This document shows, one piece after another, positions 27,393 through 54,333 of a stretch of 64,000 nt of DNA. The translations under genes were made by a program, and so were the position numbers. Below the pieces are notes generated by a model. The model saw only the letters and a list, made by a program, of their open reading frames with translations, made no database searches and had not been told where the DNA came from. The DNA lies in assembly GCA_012295275.1 (NCBI GenBank), contig CM022677.1, positions 10,664,001-10,728,000 of the forward strand, written 5' to 3'. Origin of the DNA: Chrysomallon squamiferum. Lineage: Eukaryota > Animalia > Mollusca. Positions within the stretch are counted from its first letter, which is position 1; the number at the start of each line of letters is the position of its first letter.

Positions 27393-28018
27393 GTAACAAA
27401 AACAACAACAACAACAATTTATTTTATATATTTATTTGAATACTGTTTAGTTCGAGAACTGGGAGACAAATGTGACAGTCGGACTAAATGTGGAACGAAA
27501 TATTCATACTGCAGACCGAAAATACGTTTTATTACTTCTTCTTGTTTGCATTATTATTATTATTATTATTATTACTATTATTATTTGTTAATTTTAAATC
27601 GAGTGTGGAAGGTAGCTAGCACCTGTTTTGGAAAATAGAGAGAAATAATATATACAGAAGATTACAAAACATACACAGTTATAATTCACAGAACAACCAG
27701 ACAAAACTCGCCGGCAAAAGACACTTTGATTTTATTTATTTGCAGATAAAATAAACTTGTTAATAGTTAATGCATTTGATGCAGTTATTGTACCCTGAAC
27801 ATTTTCTGTATCATCCCTTCATTTAACTTACACTTTAACTTCACCCTATTTCAACCTCTGTATCTAAAACATCAGCTACACCTATTACTGCAACTACTAC
27901 TACTACTACTGCTGAGGCTCAGACTCCAAAACCTACCACAAGTATTACAGCTGAGACTACAACACCTATGGATACCATAACAATAGAAACAACAACTTAA
28001 ACTGAATCTGGTCAGTAG

Positions 28019-28330
28019 AAGTTGTAGTTGTAAATGAAAAAATTGTAGTTGAAATAGGAATAGAGTTAATGGTAGTTATTGTAAATGTTGTAGTTGTAGT
28101 AGGAATAGAGTTAATGGTAGTTATTGTAAATGTTGTAGTTGTAGTGGGAATAGAGTTAATGGTAGTTATTGTAAATGTTGTAGTAGGAATAGAGTTAGTG
28201 GTAGTTATTGTAAATGTTGTAGTTGTAGTAGGAATATAGTTAGTGGTAGTTATTGTAAATGTTGTAGTTGTAGTAGGAATAGAGTTAGTGGTAGTTATTG
28301 TAAATGTTGTAGTTGTAGTAGGAATATATT
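28019..28330 (+). repeat. 45-bp intronic minisatellite, duplicate of 1575-1870
   Basis: Same unit, about 7 more homogeneous copies. Confidence 0.85.
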
Positions 28331-28428
28331 TCATTTATTATTATTATTGTTATTATTGTTTCTTCATCTTCATCTTCTACTTCTTCTTCTTCTTCTTCTT
28401 ATTATTATTATTGTTGTTTTGTTTGAAG

Positions 28429-28955
28429 ATCTTGTGTATATAAACTACATAACTATATACTGTATCTTGTGTATATAAACTATATAACTATATACTGTAT
28501 CTTGTGTCTATAAACTACATAACTATATACTGTATCTTGTGTATATAAACTACATAACTATATACTGTATCTTGTGTCTATAAACTATATAACTTTATAC
28601 TGTATCTTGTGTATATAAACTATATAACTTTATACTGTATCTTGTGTATATAAACTATATAACTATATACTGTATCTTGTGTATATAAACTATATAACTA
28701 TATACTGTATCTTGTGTATATAAACTACATAACTTTATACTGTATCTTGTGTATATAAACTATATAACTATATACTGTATCTTGTGTATATAAACTATAT
28801 AACTTTATACTGTATCTTGTGTCTATAAACTATATAACTTTATACTGTATCTTGTGTCTATAAACTATATAACTTTATACTGTATCTTGTGTCTATAAAC
28901 TATATAACTTTATACTGTATCTTGTGTCTATAAACTATATAACTGTCTACTGTAT
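28429..28955 (+). repeat. 35-bp minisatellite (TGTATCTTGTGTATATAAACTATATAACTATATAC), about 15 copies
   Basis: 35-nt period (28461, 28496, 28531...); only one unit at the paralogous site 1909-1945. Confidence 0.92.
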
Positions 28956-29444
28956 TTCAGCTCTGTGTCAGAAAGGTGATAGTGTTATGTGATCGTGGCA
29001 GACATCATTCCTGCATACAAAGTGTTTGTCAGTGACAACAACTGTCCACACATCAGTGGAGGATGTCCAGGTTAGTGAAAGAGAAAAAGAAAAAAAGATA
29101 AATTTGTTGTTTTTGTAGTCAAGTAATTTTAGTAAACAAATGTTTGTGGTGAGTTTTATTTTGTAGTTAAGTAATTTTAACAAACACATGTTTGTGGTGA
29201 GTTTTATTTTGTAGTTAAGTAATTTTAGCAAAGAAAAATTTTATTCTCCAAATAGTTCACTTGCACATTGTCCTAATGGCAGACAGCACAACATACTTGT
29301 GATTTACTCTCATCTGGGTCATCTTGTGTTCACTTTGTGCTGCTTTAGACAGCTGAATCAGATCACAGTCTGGTGGTCAATGATCTACAGAGTTTCTCCG
29401 AGGCCAACACACAGTCGCTATACACAGAATTCACATTTAAATCT

Positions 29445-29583
29445 GTTCCTACTACAACTACATCTGCTATTACAATTACTATTACTAACTGTATTCCTAC
29501 TACAACTACATCTACTATTACAATTACTATTACTAACTGTATTCCTACTACATCTACTATTACAATCACTACCACTATCACAT
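29445..29583 (-). repeat. 48-bp inverted minisatellite, duplicate of 4570-4755 (~3 units)
   Basis: Near-identical to 4570-4755 with one unit fewer. Confidence 0.8.
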
Positions 29584-30344
29584 GATAATATCAGTATTTT
29601 TCAGCTATATTTTACGGGTTTTTTACAGCTATATTTGGATTCATAAAGTCAAATAAATGTCTTTAGTTTTAATATGGTTAATATGATTATTGGTTTAGTA
29701 TTAATGTGATAAGTGATTACTAATTTTTAATTTTAACAAATGATGTTTGTTCTATTTTGATTCTGTTGATTTGTGTCTTGTTTTGTTTGTTTCAGTGACT
29801 TGTTCATCTAGACAACCAAGAATTTGTCACATTTATTATGAAGTGAACTGTAAATTTACTTCTTTCAAGAAAGCTTGTCCAGTTAAATGTGGCAGTTGTG
29901 GTAACTGTGAGTTCAGAACATATTAAAGAAAAATGTGAGTTTCTGTATGTGTGGGTATTGGTAGGTGGGTGAATGGGTGGATGTCTGTCTGTGTGTCCTG
30001 TCAAATGTCCAATTTTAAATTGTACTGTCTGTATGTAATTAATAACTTTTACATTAATGTGTTATACATGTAATTTAGTTTTAATTCATAGTGTCATCAA
30101 AAACATTCAGTACTATTAATACAATTAAAATATAAAGTGGGTACAAATACATATATAGAATTGATATATAACAACATATTGCATGTATAATATTTAAAAT
30201 ATATGCTGTATATAACATTGATTTAAATATATTGAATATTCAAGATCATTTTCTTTGTTTTGCAGAATCAAATGGAACTGTGATTGAGAACATCAAAAAT
30301 ACTCAGAATGTAAAATAAAAATATGTAGAAATTATATAAAATGT

Positions 30345-30415
<71 letters not shown>

Positions 30416-30552
30416 CTCTCTGACACTCACTCACACTCTCTCACTGATGATCTCTAACAAATTCTGCAAATTACGTTTTAATTCTGCTAATGTTTTTGAA
30501 AGTTAAATGTAAAAAATTGACACACAGAGAAATGGAGACATACATATACATT

Positions 30553-30722
30553 ATATACCTCAACTTAAGAGCTTTTCGAGTTACGAGCAGACACCTGATC
30601 GTTTATTGCTTTGAGTTGCGAGCTAAAATCCGAGTTACGAGCGAGCTTCAGGTACACCGCCGCTAGTTGGCGCAACGAACAACATAACATCCGGCCAGCA
30701 TCCCGCGTCTCACTCGTTTACT
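30553..30722 (+). mobile_element. Probable pogo/Tigger-like transposon end fragment
   Basis: GC-rich island beginning TATACCTCAACTTAAGAG with internal GAGTTACGAGC repeats, flanked by TA-rich sequence and absent from the paralogous region (~5920-6215). Confidence 0.45.
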
Positions 30723-31540
30723 TCACGTGATTATATATATATGAGTAGAAGCAGATGCAGTCATAAAAGGAGTAATAACTATAGACACTTATAGTACTAA
30801 CAGTAGTAGTAGTTGCAGTATTGACAGAAGCAGTTGTAAGAGTAGCAGTAGAAGACGTGGTAGTAGTAATAGTATTATAAGCAGCAGCCACAGTAGTAAC
30901 AGTATTAGTATTAATAGTTGTCTGTAGTAGTAATAGTGTAGAATAGCAATAACAGAAGTAGTTCTAAAGCATTAGTAATACATAATAGTACTAATAGTAT
31001 CAGAAGCGGTATTATAATAACAATGTTTTTGAAAGATAATTTCTAGCAAGATAATTTGTTTTACATAGAAACACTCACACAGACACGAATTATTTTTAAA
31101 TAAATAAATAAAATATTTAAAATGCAGGTGTTAGTCAGGTTAATGTTTTTTGTTGAACATTGAGGGACACACCCAGTCAGTGTTTAGACTGGAGAGGTAG
31201 TGAAGTGTGACAATTAAATTTTATAATTTTCTGTCAAGCTGTGATTCGTTAGATCAGTTATACAAAGGATTAGTGTTCTGTAAAAACAAAAAAACACAAA
31301 CAAAAACACATACACACACATACATACATATACAAATATATACAAACATACACTATATTACACAGACATACACATATAAAAACACACACACACGATAGAC
31401 CCTCATCACAAACCTATCTACCCATATACCTACAGATATGCAACACAAACACACCTGTGCACACACAGACACATATACATATATATGTATAATAAACAAT
31501 AAAATTAAAAACTTAAATAATGAACAGAAAATATATAAAT

Positions 31541-31571
<31 letters not shown>

Positions 31572-32666
31572 TAAAATAAATAAATAATATAAATTAAAAT
31601 AAATAATTCTAATGAAGCAAAAACTTAAAAGAATAATAAAGAAACAAAATAAAAAAAAGATAAAAATAAACATTATATCTTTTCATTATAATAACCATAG
31701 CAGTAACAGCAGAGCCAGTGGCAGTATTAGTACTAGTAGTAGTAGTAGCAGTAGTAGTAGTAGCAGTAGTAGTAGCAGTAGTATCAGACGCAGTATTAAA
31801 ATAACACAATGCACTGCTGACCAGTACTGCTGAAGGTCTTCTAAAACACAATAACTGGAATAAAAAAGAGATTAATTTATTTAAATATAAATATGGGATA
31901 AGAAAGTGAAGATCTAAAAAGATTAAAAAATTAGAATAAATATTATTACAATTAGACTTCATCGTTCACCCAGCGCTTTGTTCACTTTATTAATATCATA
32001 TGACAAAGTAATTTTAATTTTAATTTTAATTTTAATCTAAGAAAGCACTTTTTAGTTAATAATACCTTTTTGAGAGATAATTTGTTTCACACACACACAC
32101 ACACACACACATATTACATAAATAAATAAAATATTTAAAATGCAGGTGTTAGTCAGGTAATGTTTTTTGTTGAACATTGAGGGACACACCCAGTCAGTAT
32201 TTAGACTGGAGAGGTAGTGAAGTGTGACCATTAAATTTTCAAAATAAAGTAAATAAAATAAATTTAAATAAATAATTGTTATGAAGCAAAAACTTAAAAG
32301 AATTATAAAGAAACAAAATGAAAAAAGAGATAAAAATAAACATTACATCTTTTCATTATAATTCTGTGATTATGTTTTTCAGGTAAGTTAAGTACAATCT
32401 TTTATTAAAAAAAAAGAAAGAAAAAAAAAAGGAAATCATAGATAAGCCAAAAAGCTAGCTGTGTCTTATTGCTTAACAATCACAGACTTCACAAAGACAT
32501 ATTCACTAATCTCTATATATTTTATATGGACTATTTCTGTTGCTTACTGTAGCACTATTATATTTTTTTAAATAAACATCTTATATGAACGTGTTCGTCA
32601 TACTATCAACGCTGTTTGAACAGTTACAGGTGCAGCCGTCACTGCTTCATGGTTTCTCATATTTGG

Positions 32667-32756
<90 letters not shown>

Positions 32757-33207
32757 AATTTTAGATTGATATATATATATATATATCAGGTTTATATATA
32801 TCAATAATTATAACTAATTGGTTGGGCGCCCATATAATTCGTTTTGCTATAAATAGTAATTAAATAAAAAAAAAAAAAAAAAATGTTATGCACGTATGGA
32901 GCCATTAATTCAGAATCCAGAAAGCCGGGACACCAAGAAACGTGGGGAAAAATTCGAAGAGATTAGTGGTATATGATCTGTCTGCTACGAAATTTTTGAA
33001 AAGGTATTAACTAAAAAGGGCTATCTTAGATTAAAATTAAAAATACTCTGTCATATTTTATTAAGAAAGAGCTGGGTGTATGATCAAGTCTAAAAAAAAA
33101 ACCTTCCTTCATTTTGTCAGTTACATTTCACAATTTTTAGATTATATACATAAAAATACAAAGCCATTTTAGTCACAAGGTTGAAATGCGGAAGCTCTAC
33201 ACAGAAA

Positions 33208-33246
<39 letters not shown>

Positions 33247-33477
33247 ATATATAAATAAAATTGAAGTAAATATTAAATGTTTTTGCTATAATTACATTTT
33301 CAAGAAAGATCAAGACTAATGTTTATTCAAAAAGCAAAAAAGTAAAAAAAAAAAAAAAAAAAAAAACAATAACTTTGATACAGCCGAAAAAATATATAAT
33401 CATAGACTTAAAAATACACTTTTTTCTCTCTCTTTTTCTCACTGTCTCTTTCTTTTCCTGTCATATACACATGTTCG

Positions 33478-33517
<40 letters not shown>

Positions 33518-34353
33518 CACACACACCACATTCACACAATCTAAAAAATGTATTAAAAACAAAACTGAAATAATGCAAAGGCAACAATTTCAGTTCCTTA
33601 TATACCCATCTATTCTTAGTCGACGTGCTGTCTACAGGCTTGTCTAAGCAGACGGCAATGCTCTATTACTTGCGTATGTTTATCAAAAATATGATACGTG
33701 ACCACCAGACGTATTGTTGCGTGCATGTCGTCACACAGCAGATGTACCCGGGACGCACTTCATTATGCATACATCCCGGATACAGGGTGTGGTGCTCATA
33801 AAATACACACGCAGAGAAACAACTTACAGACGACATCAACAAAAAGCGACATCAATTTCATCTTCTTTCATTTTATTAGCAAGAATTCGAAGAGGTAAGT
33901 GATAACATTGTATGTATTTTTGTTTTTATACTTACAGTTTGATAATTAAATGTGTTGCCTATGAAGAAGGTATATATGTATATATATATATATTAAAAAA
34001 AAACTATTTCTGCTTATACTGTTTTTTATTTTTTTTTTTATTTATTTAATTTCTTATTTACTTAGTTATCACAGTAATATTTTTTTTCTCGTTATTTAGT
34101 AATTCAGGATTTTATTTCATTAGTTTTTTGCTGTTTTTCACTCTTAAAATTAGAACTTTATCAGTAATATAAATATTTCAATTAATTAAAACTGGAATTT
34201 CATAGCTGTTTACTGTCTTCTAACTTACTATTTATTATTAATTAATTATTTATTTCCTTATTTCTTGCTCCTGTTATACTAATGACATTTTCTAGACTTT
34301 TCAAACAAAAAAAGATTTGTATTTATTAATTTTATTTGCTATATTTTCAGCAG

Positions 34354-46320
<11,967 letters not shown>

Positions 46321-47851
46321 GCTCAACTCAAGCAGCTGAAGGAATTTTTATTTTAATGAAGAAGAAAAATAAATAACAAAAAGATCAAGAAAAATAATCA
46401 AAATTATTGGTAGGAATAATACTGTCAATATAGTATAATAAATATTTCATATATATTAAATTGTTGTTGGTTTGTTTTTTATCTTTAAAATAGAACTGCA
46501 TGTAAATACCTAAATTTAGTTATCATGGAGATAAAAATACAAATAATAGAATTCTTTGGACTATCCTGGTGATGAACAGGAAATAAGGAACCAAATGACT
46601 GTAGTTTAAATAACTTGCTTTATAATGATATAAAGCCAAAACAAATTCAAAAGAATCTCAAACTACCCCCACCACAACAAGAAAATGATTAAAAAAAAAA
46701 AAAACTAAAATAAAATAATAATAATAATAAATAAATAAAACCAACAAAGTCTGTAGTTATTGCTTTATTTGTTAACAAATAATAATTATAAATACAAACA
46801 TCTATAAAAACAAAATTATTTTCTAATAATTTTGTCTAATGATATATGCACATCTAGTAAAAGTGAAAACTGAATTTTATACCAATGTTTTAGGTATATT
46901 CTAAATTCACATGTTTGTTTCTAAAATCTGCAAATCTTGTAAATTAAGAGATTCCTGAAAAATTCGATATGAAAAACATATATAAATAACAAACTATTTA
47001 CCATCCATGATGATAGTAACTTAATTATTAAATTTAATTAATTATAAAGAAATAAAAAAAACAATCAATTTCACTTCTTGCAGTTATTAAAAATTGTCAA
47101 ACAATCACATAAAACTAAAAAATGCAATTGTTATTTTCTTAAACCATAAAAATTCAACTAATTATATACCTATAAGGAAAAAAGATGAGAGAAAATAGTA
47201 GTAGTAGAGCAGTGAGCAAAACAACAATATTTAAATTATAAAACCGTCTATTTTTGAAACAGAAAGGAAAGAATATAACAATTTAAAAATTATTTTATCT
47301 GATAATCTGTCTAAATAACACACAGAATTATAAAAATACAAGTTTTAATTTTAAAAACAAATCATGATGATCATTAATTACACAAATTTTAATCAACATG
47401 AAACCTATATACACTGTTTAGTATATTTTCTACATCACAAATATTAAATATAAAAAAAAAAAAAAATCTTATTTATAAAAAAAAGTATTTAGTAATTTTA
47501 ATGAATACTGGAAGACTTTGGTCAGTGATAAAATACACACATAAGTTACAATTCTATATAATTATTATCTGGGGAAAAAATCTGCAGGTATCTACAGAAA
47601 TAAATGAATAAATACAGCCACACTTACTTTATTGTGATTTTATAATCATTATTATTTATTGATTTATTTATCATAATTCTTTATTTTTTATTATTATTAT
47701 TATTATTGTTATTATTCAAAAAACTAAATTCAAAGGATAGTAACATTTAATATAAGTGTGTGTGTGTCAATAAACAAAACTTGTATTGTAGCACCAGTAC
47801 ATATCACAGATACTTCAGTGACAGCACTATCCAAACATACATGTACATAGG

Positions 47852-49144
47852 TCAAAGGTCACTCAGGTTGTATGAAAACCGAGTTGTCTTCCCTGACTTG
47901 CTTACTTTCACTCCTTGGAAACTGTCTGAAACAATAAATAAATAAATAAATAAAAAAAAAAAATAAATAAAAAAAAAAAAAAAATAAAAAATAAATAAAT
48001 AATTAAATAAATAAATAAAGTACATAAATAAAAATAATAAATATTAAAATAAATTAAAAATTAATATATAAATAAAAAAAAAAATATACAAATAAATTTA
48101 AGTATATAAATGAATAAAACATATTAATAATAATATTATAACAATAATGATAACAACGACAGCAACAGCAACAAGATATAAAATAAATTAACTAAATTCA
48201 AATAAATGAAATATAAATTATATGAAGGAATATGGTTTTAAAAGCCATTATTTATCACTGTCTACATCTTTTTCCACACACACACACATACACACACAGA
48301 TATATAAATACAAATTTTGATAAAATAATTACCAGTATCATCATCAACATGCCAGGATCTTGATCTCTGCGAGTCTGGTCCATCCAGGTACAGCTGGGGT
48401 TGTCCCCCTTTGACTGAGCTCGTAGGATTGTACTTATCCAGAGCAAAGTTGAATGACAGCACTGAATTTAAAATAAACTATAATTACACACAGTTATAAA
48501 GGTAACTACATACAGATACAATTATAACTATATAATTATAACTTTAGATACAATAATAATTAGATCTTATAATAATTATATATATATATATATACATATG
48601 CAAATTTAAATCTTTTCTAATGACAATATCAATTAACAGAATATACAGTTATATTTATTACTATATATATAAATATAATAATTATTAGATCTATATATAA
48701 TTATAATTGTAACTATAACTAGATTCAATAATAATTAAAATTATAACTATATCCAGTTGTACCAATTCACAATTAATTAAAATGTTTTTCCTGTGTTTGT
48801 AGTATTTTTGGGAAAAAAATTATTTCTCTGCTTGAAAATGACTTTTTTTCTGTGGTTTGTACTGGATGTTGTTAACTCTCACCAGCAGGGGATGGTATGA
48901 ACTTCAGCCAGAAAGGTCGAATTGGACGTTTTAAAGTCGGATGCCAAAATGGAGCATTTATCACTTCACCTGCAAATATAAAGTAATAAATAAAAAAATT
49001 AACTCTGTGTGTGGGTGTGTGGTGTGGGTGTGTGTATGTGTTTGTGTAAACACAAGTGTGTGGTTGTGTGTGTGTGATAAACACGTGGATTTGTGTACGT
49101 TCATTTCACTTTACAGCTTTTATTTTTGTTACGTTCATCTTTAC

Positions 49145-49206
<62 letters not shown>

Positions 49207-50833
49207 CATCATATTTATCATTAAACTAATATTCTATAACTACTAGACTTTATTACAACTAGTTACTAGAAATTATACTTACTATAAATCTCATTAACCA
49301 TTGCTTGTTGTTTGACTGCTACTACTTCTGGGTCCCACATTTGAAGTTGTTTACGATTTGGATGCAGTTGTTGTAGCAGCTTTCGTCTGTACAATATAAA
49401 AAGAGGCAGAACACAAATATGAAAATATTATTGTGGGGGTTTATTAATGTGGTGAAAATTCTCCTGAGTTTATGTATTTATCAAGGAAGAAACTGACTAA
49501 GATTTCAAGAGTCTTATGCAGCTCTTCGATAATAAATAAATAAATAAATAAATATAAGTGTAAGACTTCAGCTAAAATAAATAAAAATAATAAAACCAAA
49601 ATTCATGTCAAATTGCAAAATTCATAACAAGCAAAAAAAAAAAAAAAAAAAAAAAAACTACCCAAATAATAAAATTATTATAAATATAACTGAATATGGA
49701 GAACATATTTTGACCATTTATTAATAAATTATCAACAAAATACATGAAGGACAGAATTTTGAATTACAGTTTGAGAAAAATGTTTCTGTTTTCCTGAAAA
49801 CTGAACAATCATTCTTAACTGGACAGAAAAATTATCACTCTCACTAATATCCAGGTACTGAATAACAACAATCAGAATAGCTGATTTAAAACAACTGTCA
49901 GTAAAGTTCTCCTACCTGAAGAATTTTCTCCAAGCTAACTGAATGGTGAGAGCAGCTATCTGTTTTTCCCATTCCTCCTCTGACATCTGGAGCCGTCTGA
50001 CACGAACAGCTTTCTGAGCTGTAGCAACAAACTCTGACGATTTTTTCTTTTTTCTAACCCAAGTACAATTAATAAATAAAATTGTGTTAGTTACAACAAA
50101 CATTGATGATTTTTCTTTTTACTAAGTAAATTAATAAACAAAAATGCATTAGTTATATACAATAGACATGGACAATTTTTTTTCTTTTAACTGAACAATG
50201 TAAAATTAAGAAATACAGGTGTGTTTTATAATTGTTGAAACTGGTTATGTAAGTTCCATGAGACAAATAGTGAAGATGTCTTTCTTTTTCTTAACTCAAT
50301 AAATTAATAAATATAAGTGTGTATAAAGTTATATGAATTTTATTACAACAATAATGAAGATTTTTATTTTTCTTAAACCAAGAAAAATTAATAAATAAAA
50401 GTATTATTATAAGTTTCAACAAATAGGGAACATTATTATTTTCTTTTTTTTTTCCTGTACAATGTAAAATTAATAGGATAAATGTTGGTTGGTTGTTTTA
50501 GTATAAACAATAAACACTGAAGATGTTTCCTTTATTCTAAATTATGTAAAATTAATAGATAATAAATAAAAAAGTGAGTCAGTGAAAAAAGACAGGAAAG
50601 TGTTGAAATGAGAGAAGGGACAGGACAGGTGAAGAGGGAAGAAAGCAACAGACAGACAGACACACACACAGACACAAACATATGAAAAGTTTGTTAATAA
50701 ATAAAATTTAATTAAATGTACATTTTGAAATAAAATAAAAGGAAACAAATATGGTAATTAATGTAGATTTTTTACTTACATCAAATCTGTTTTATGCCTG
50801 TAAAAAGAAATTTAATTACAAATAATATCAGTA

Positions 50834-50885
<52 letters not shown>

Positions 50886-51013
50886 TATGCCACCAATAAT
50901 AATAAAAATAAATGTGTTAATAATAATGAATGAATGAATGAATGAATAAATGTTTAATGGCACCCCAGCAGAAAAACAATATATTGGCTATTGGCTGTCA
51001 AACAAATGTATAA

Positions 51014-51064
<51 letters not shown>

Positions 51065-51211
51065 TATAATGTAGTATTATTAATGAATATTAAAGTGGTA
51101 TTATTAATAATAGTAATAATGATAATAATAAATGATAACAACAACAGTAAAACAATTCAGTAACAATAATGGTAATAATAATAATAGATAACACTTCTTT
51201 TACTGTCTGTG

Positions 51212-51246
<35 letters not shown>

Positions 51247-52228
51247 ATTATGAATAAAAAAGTGTCTCACTTTCTCCACCGAATCTGTATAGTACATGCA
51301 GCTCTCTGTTTCTTCTGAAAGTCTAGACATCTCTCTCTCTCAGACTGCTTCAGTTTCTGGATCTGTTTTTTCTCTGCCAGTACAAGTTGCTCTTCACTCG
51401 GCTTATCCTTCTTCCTGCAACCAGAGTTTCTGACATTTACAGTGAAGAAAACAAATAATATTAAACAACAATAGCAACAATAATAATAATTATAATAATG
51501 ATAATTATATAACAATAATAATAATATTAATGATAATGATAATGATGATGATACTTATAATATAAAAATACTAATACTAATAATATCAATGGAAATATAA
51601 ATATTAAATATATACAATATATATCATACAGATAAATAAGAAACAGAAACAAATGGTGTTCATTGTTGTGTGATTTGGAGAAGGTGAGAAAAAGAGAGAG
51701 ACAGATAAAGAGAGAAAAAGAGAGAGACAGATAAAGAGAAAAAGAGAAAAAGAGAAATTGAGAGAAAGAGAGACAGATCAGATAAAAATAAATAAAGCAA
51801 CAAAACAAAAAACAAAAAGATACAGTGATAAACAAGAGGAAAAAAATCAACTGTAATAAGACAAAATAGTAATAAATAAATAAATAAATAAATAGGAAAA
51901 CAAAAACAGAAAAAAAAGAAAAAAAAAAAGAGAAAAGACAAATAACCAGAAGCAAGAAAAAGAGAAAAAGAATATATTAATAATTTATAATCCTTTATAA
52001 GTCACACTAACCTAACAATTAATGAATATTATTTGTTAAGAACTTTATGCAGATTAAGTTTGAATCTCCTGAGATAATCTAGATTAATAATGTGTGATTA
52101 AACAGGTTTAAGACAGGTCACAAGTACTCAGTGTTTTATGCCGTTTTGCACAAACACAACAGACTAGTTTATCAAATTACTAATACAGTCAACTCAGTTG
52201 TAAATTCTTGATAACCCATAAACAAACT

Positions 52229-52274
<46 letters not shown>

Positions 52275-52423
52275 AAACAAAACACAAACAAAAGCAAAAA
52301 CAAAATATAACACGTCATCAACAAATTAACATTTACTCACATAAACCTATAAAACAAATATACTTACCAATAAAAGTCAAGCAGAATAAACAAACATTCT
52401 GAAAAAATATAACCTTCGTACAA

Positions 52424-52491
<68 letters not shown>

Positions 52492-52604
52492 TCACAGCTC
52501 AGAAAGCTCTCACTCATACAAAACACATATAGAATAATTTCAATAATTATGATAACTCAAGAACTTCACAAACCAACAATTGTCTACATTAACATATATA
52601 AAAA

Positions 52605-52637
<33 letters not shown>

Positions 52638-54302
52638 AACCCTAGACAAAACACAAACACACACATATACACACAGACAGAAAGTAAAATACTAACTTGA
52701 GTAGTGGTGCTGATGCCTTTGGTGGTGCTACCGCTGTCATGTTGCTGTAGTAGTAATTTCTGCGAAGTTGTAACTAAATTTCACTTTTTACAATCTTTCA
52801 TTATCTTTTCTTAGCCACCATTTTAAAAAATAACCACCAACTACTTAACCAAATGACTTTACTGCAATACTAGATAAAAATAAACAAATAAATAAATAAA
52901 TAAAAATAATAACAGAAATATTAGCAGTTCAAGTTAACAAATAAACTGAATTCAAAAATAAATTATGATTTGCCTTTATATTTGTATACCTGTGAATTTA
53001 AATAATTTCACTACTATAACTAAAGAATTTCACAACCAGCAAAAGTCTAGAATAATTTCATTAAAGTAGAAATTAAAATTACTTATCAAAAAAGATACTT
53101 GGAGTAAGTAAGTACACAACTTCACTAGAAAACAAATTTGTCTTGAATAATGTCAAAGAGTTTACAATTCAAAAACGTCACAAAACAAAGTATCCTCTGA
53201 GATATTTTATTACAATAGTGACTAGTTTAACAAATTAGCCATTCAATGAAATAACTTCATGACTTCTATGGAATAAAAGTGTCATGTACTATTGCACCTC
53301 AACAGTTAAACAAAGTGGCAGTTTGCTCCAGGATAATTTCACTAAATTAATAACTTAACACAACATCATGTATAGTGTGCAATATCAAAAAAAATATTAC
53401 CTTGAAATTCTATTATAATAATTCAAACACCTCACAAACAAGAAGTATAGTCTCTTTAACAAAATTGTTAATATAGCATACTTCACAAGTCTATACTGGA
53501 ATAATTTCAAAGGTTTTCTTCTGTAACTCAAGATCTTATCAAAATATGACTGTAGTCCAGCATAATCTTTCCACTTAACAAAATAGTAAATAATGTACAA
53601 TTACAACTGAACACAAATATGAAATAATTTAAAAGGTTATACTATAACGTAACAACTTATAACAATGTCAGATTAGACCAGAATAATTTCATTAATTACT
53701 TACTTTAACAAAATAGTCAATATATTTATGAATAACTTCACAATAGAACAGCAAACAAAATAATTTCACAGATGTAATATCTGATATATTATTTATCTTA
53801 ATCAAACAAACAGTCCAGAAATATTTTACAAACCACACAACAAATTATCCTGGAGAAATTCTTCCCCACTGTGATAATAATAATAATAATAAAAATAAAA
53901 TACGTGAGATAAAAAGCTAACAGAGCTGACTGAGTTGTGAATACAAAGCCAGGCACGCCTCACTGACCAATCTCTCTTTGTTAGTTATAAATATTGACTG
54001 TGTGAGAAAACAGAGTAAGGGGATTATTTACAGTGCGTTCAGTTCTGTGGTAAGGTTACAGTCTGTTCTGGTCCTCTAGTTCATTCTCTCAGTCCTTTTC
54101 TCTCTCTCTCTCATTCTTTCTTTATTTCTCTTCCTCTTGGTCTCTGTCTTTTTCACACACACACACACACACACACTTACAAAACAAGCATATTATAAAA
54201 ATACACAAAAATAAAAGACACACACACATTCTAATATACATACAGATACTGATAACCTTGTCCATACATATACTTATACATACACACAACACAAACACAA
54301 AC

Positions 54303-54333
<31 letters not shown>

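Larger units (their letters stand above)
24831..30318 (+). pseudogene. Gene S2 pseudogene (EB/EGF-like modules + mucin + ShK-like + ShKT)
   Basis: Hydrophobic leader MVLPNFVMFCFLLSTIYEY 24831-24887; module exon 24931-25032 lacking splice sites; 25283-25426 lacking acceptor AG; 25677-25859 with in-frame TGA at 25721; micro-exon 26338-26364; 26886-26988 with deletion/frameshift; 27451-27520 truncated; mucin remnant ~27840-28010 with stop; 28961-29070 with 1-nt deletion; intact ShKT exon 29796-29900; terminal 30266-30318. Confidence 0.85.

Noticed and set aside
28429-28955. 35-bp repeat array of CRISPR-like unit length
   Set aside because: Units are head-to-tail with no unique spacers, there are no cas genes, and the context is a eukaryotic intron.
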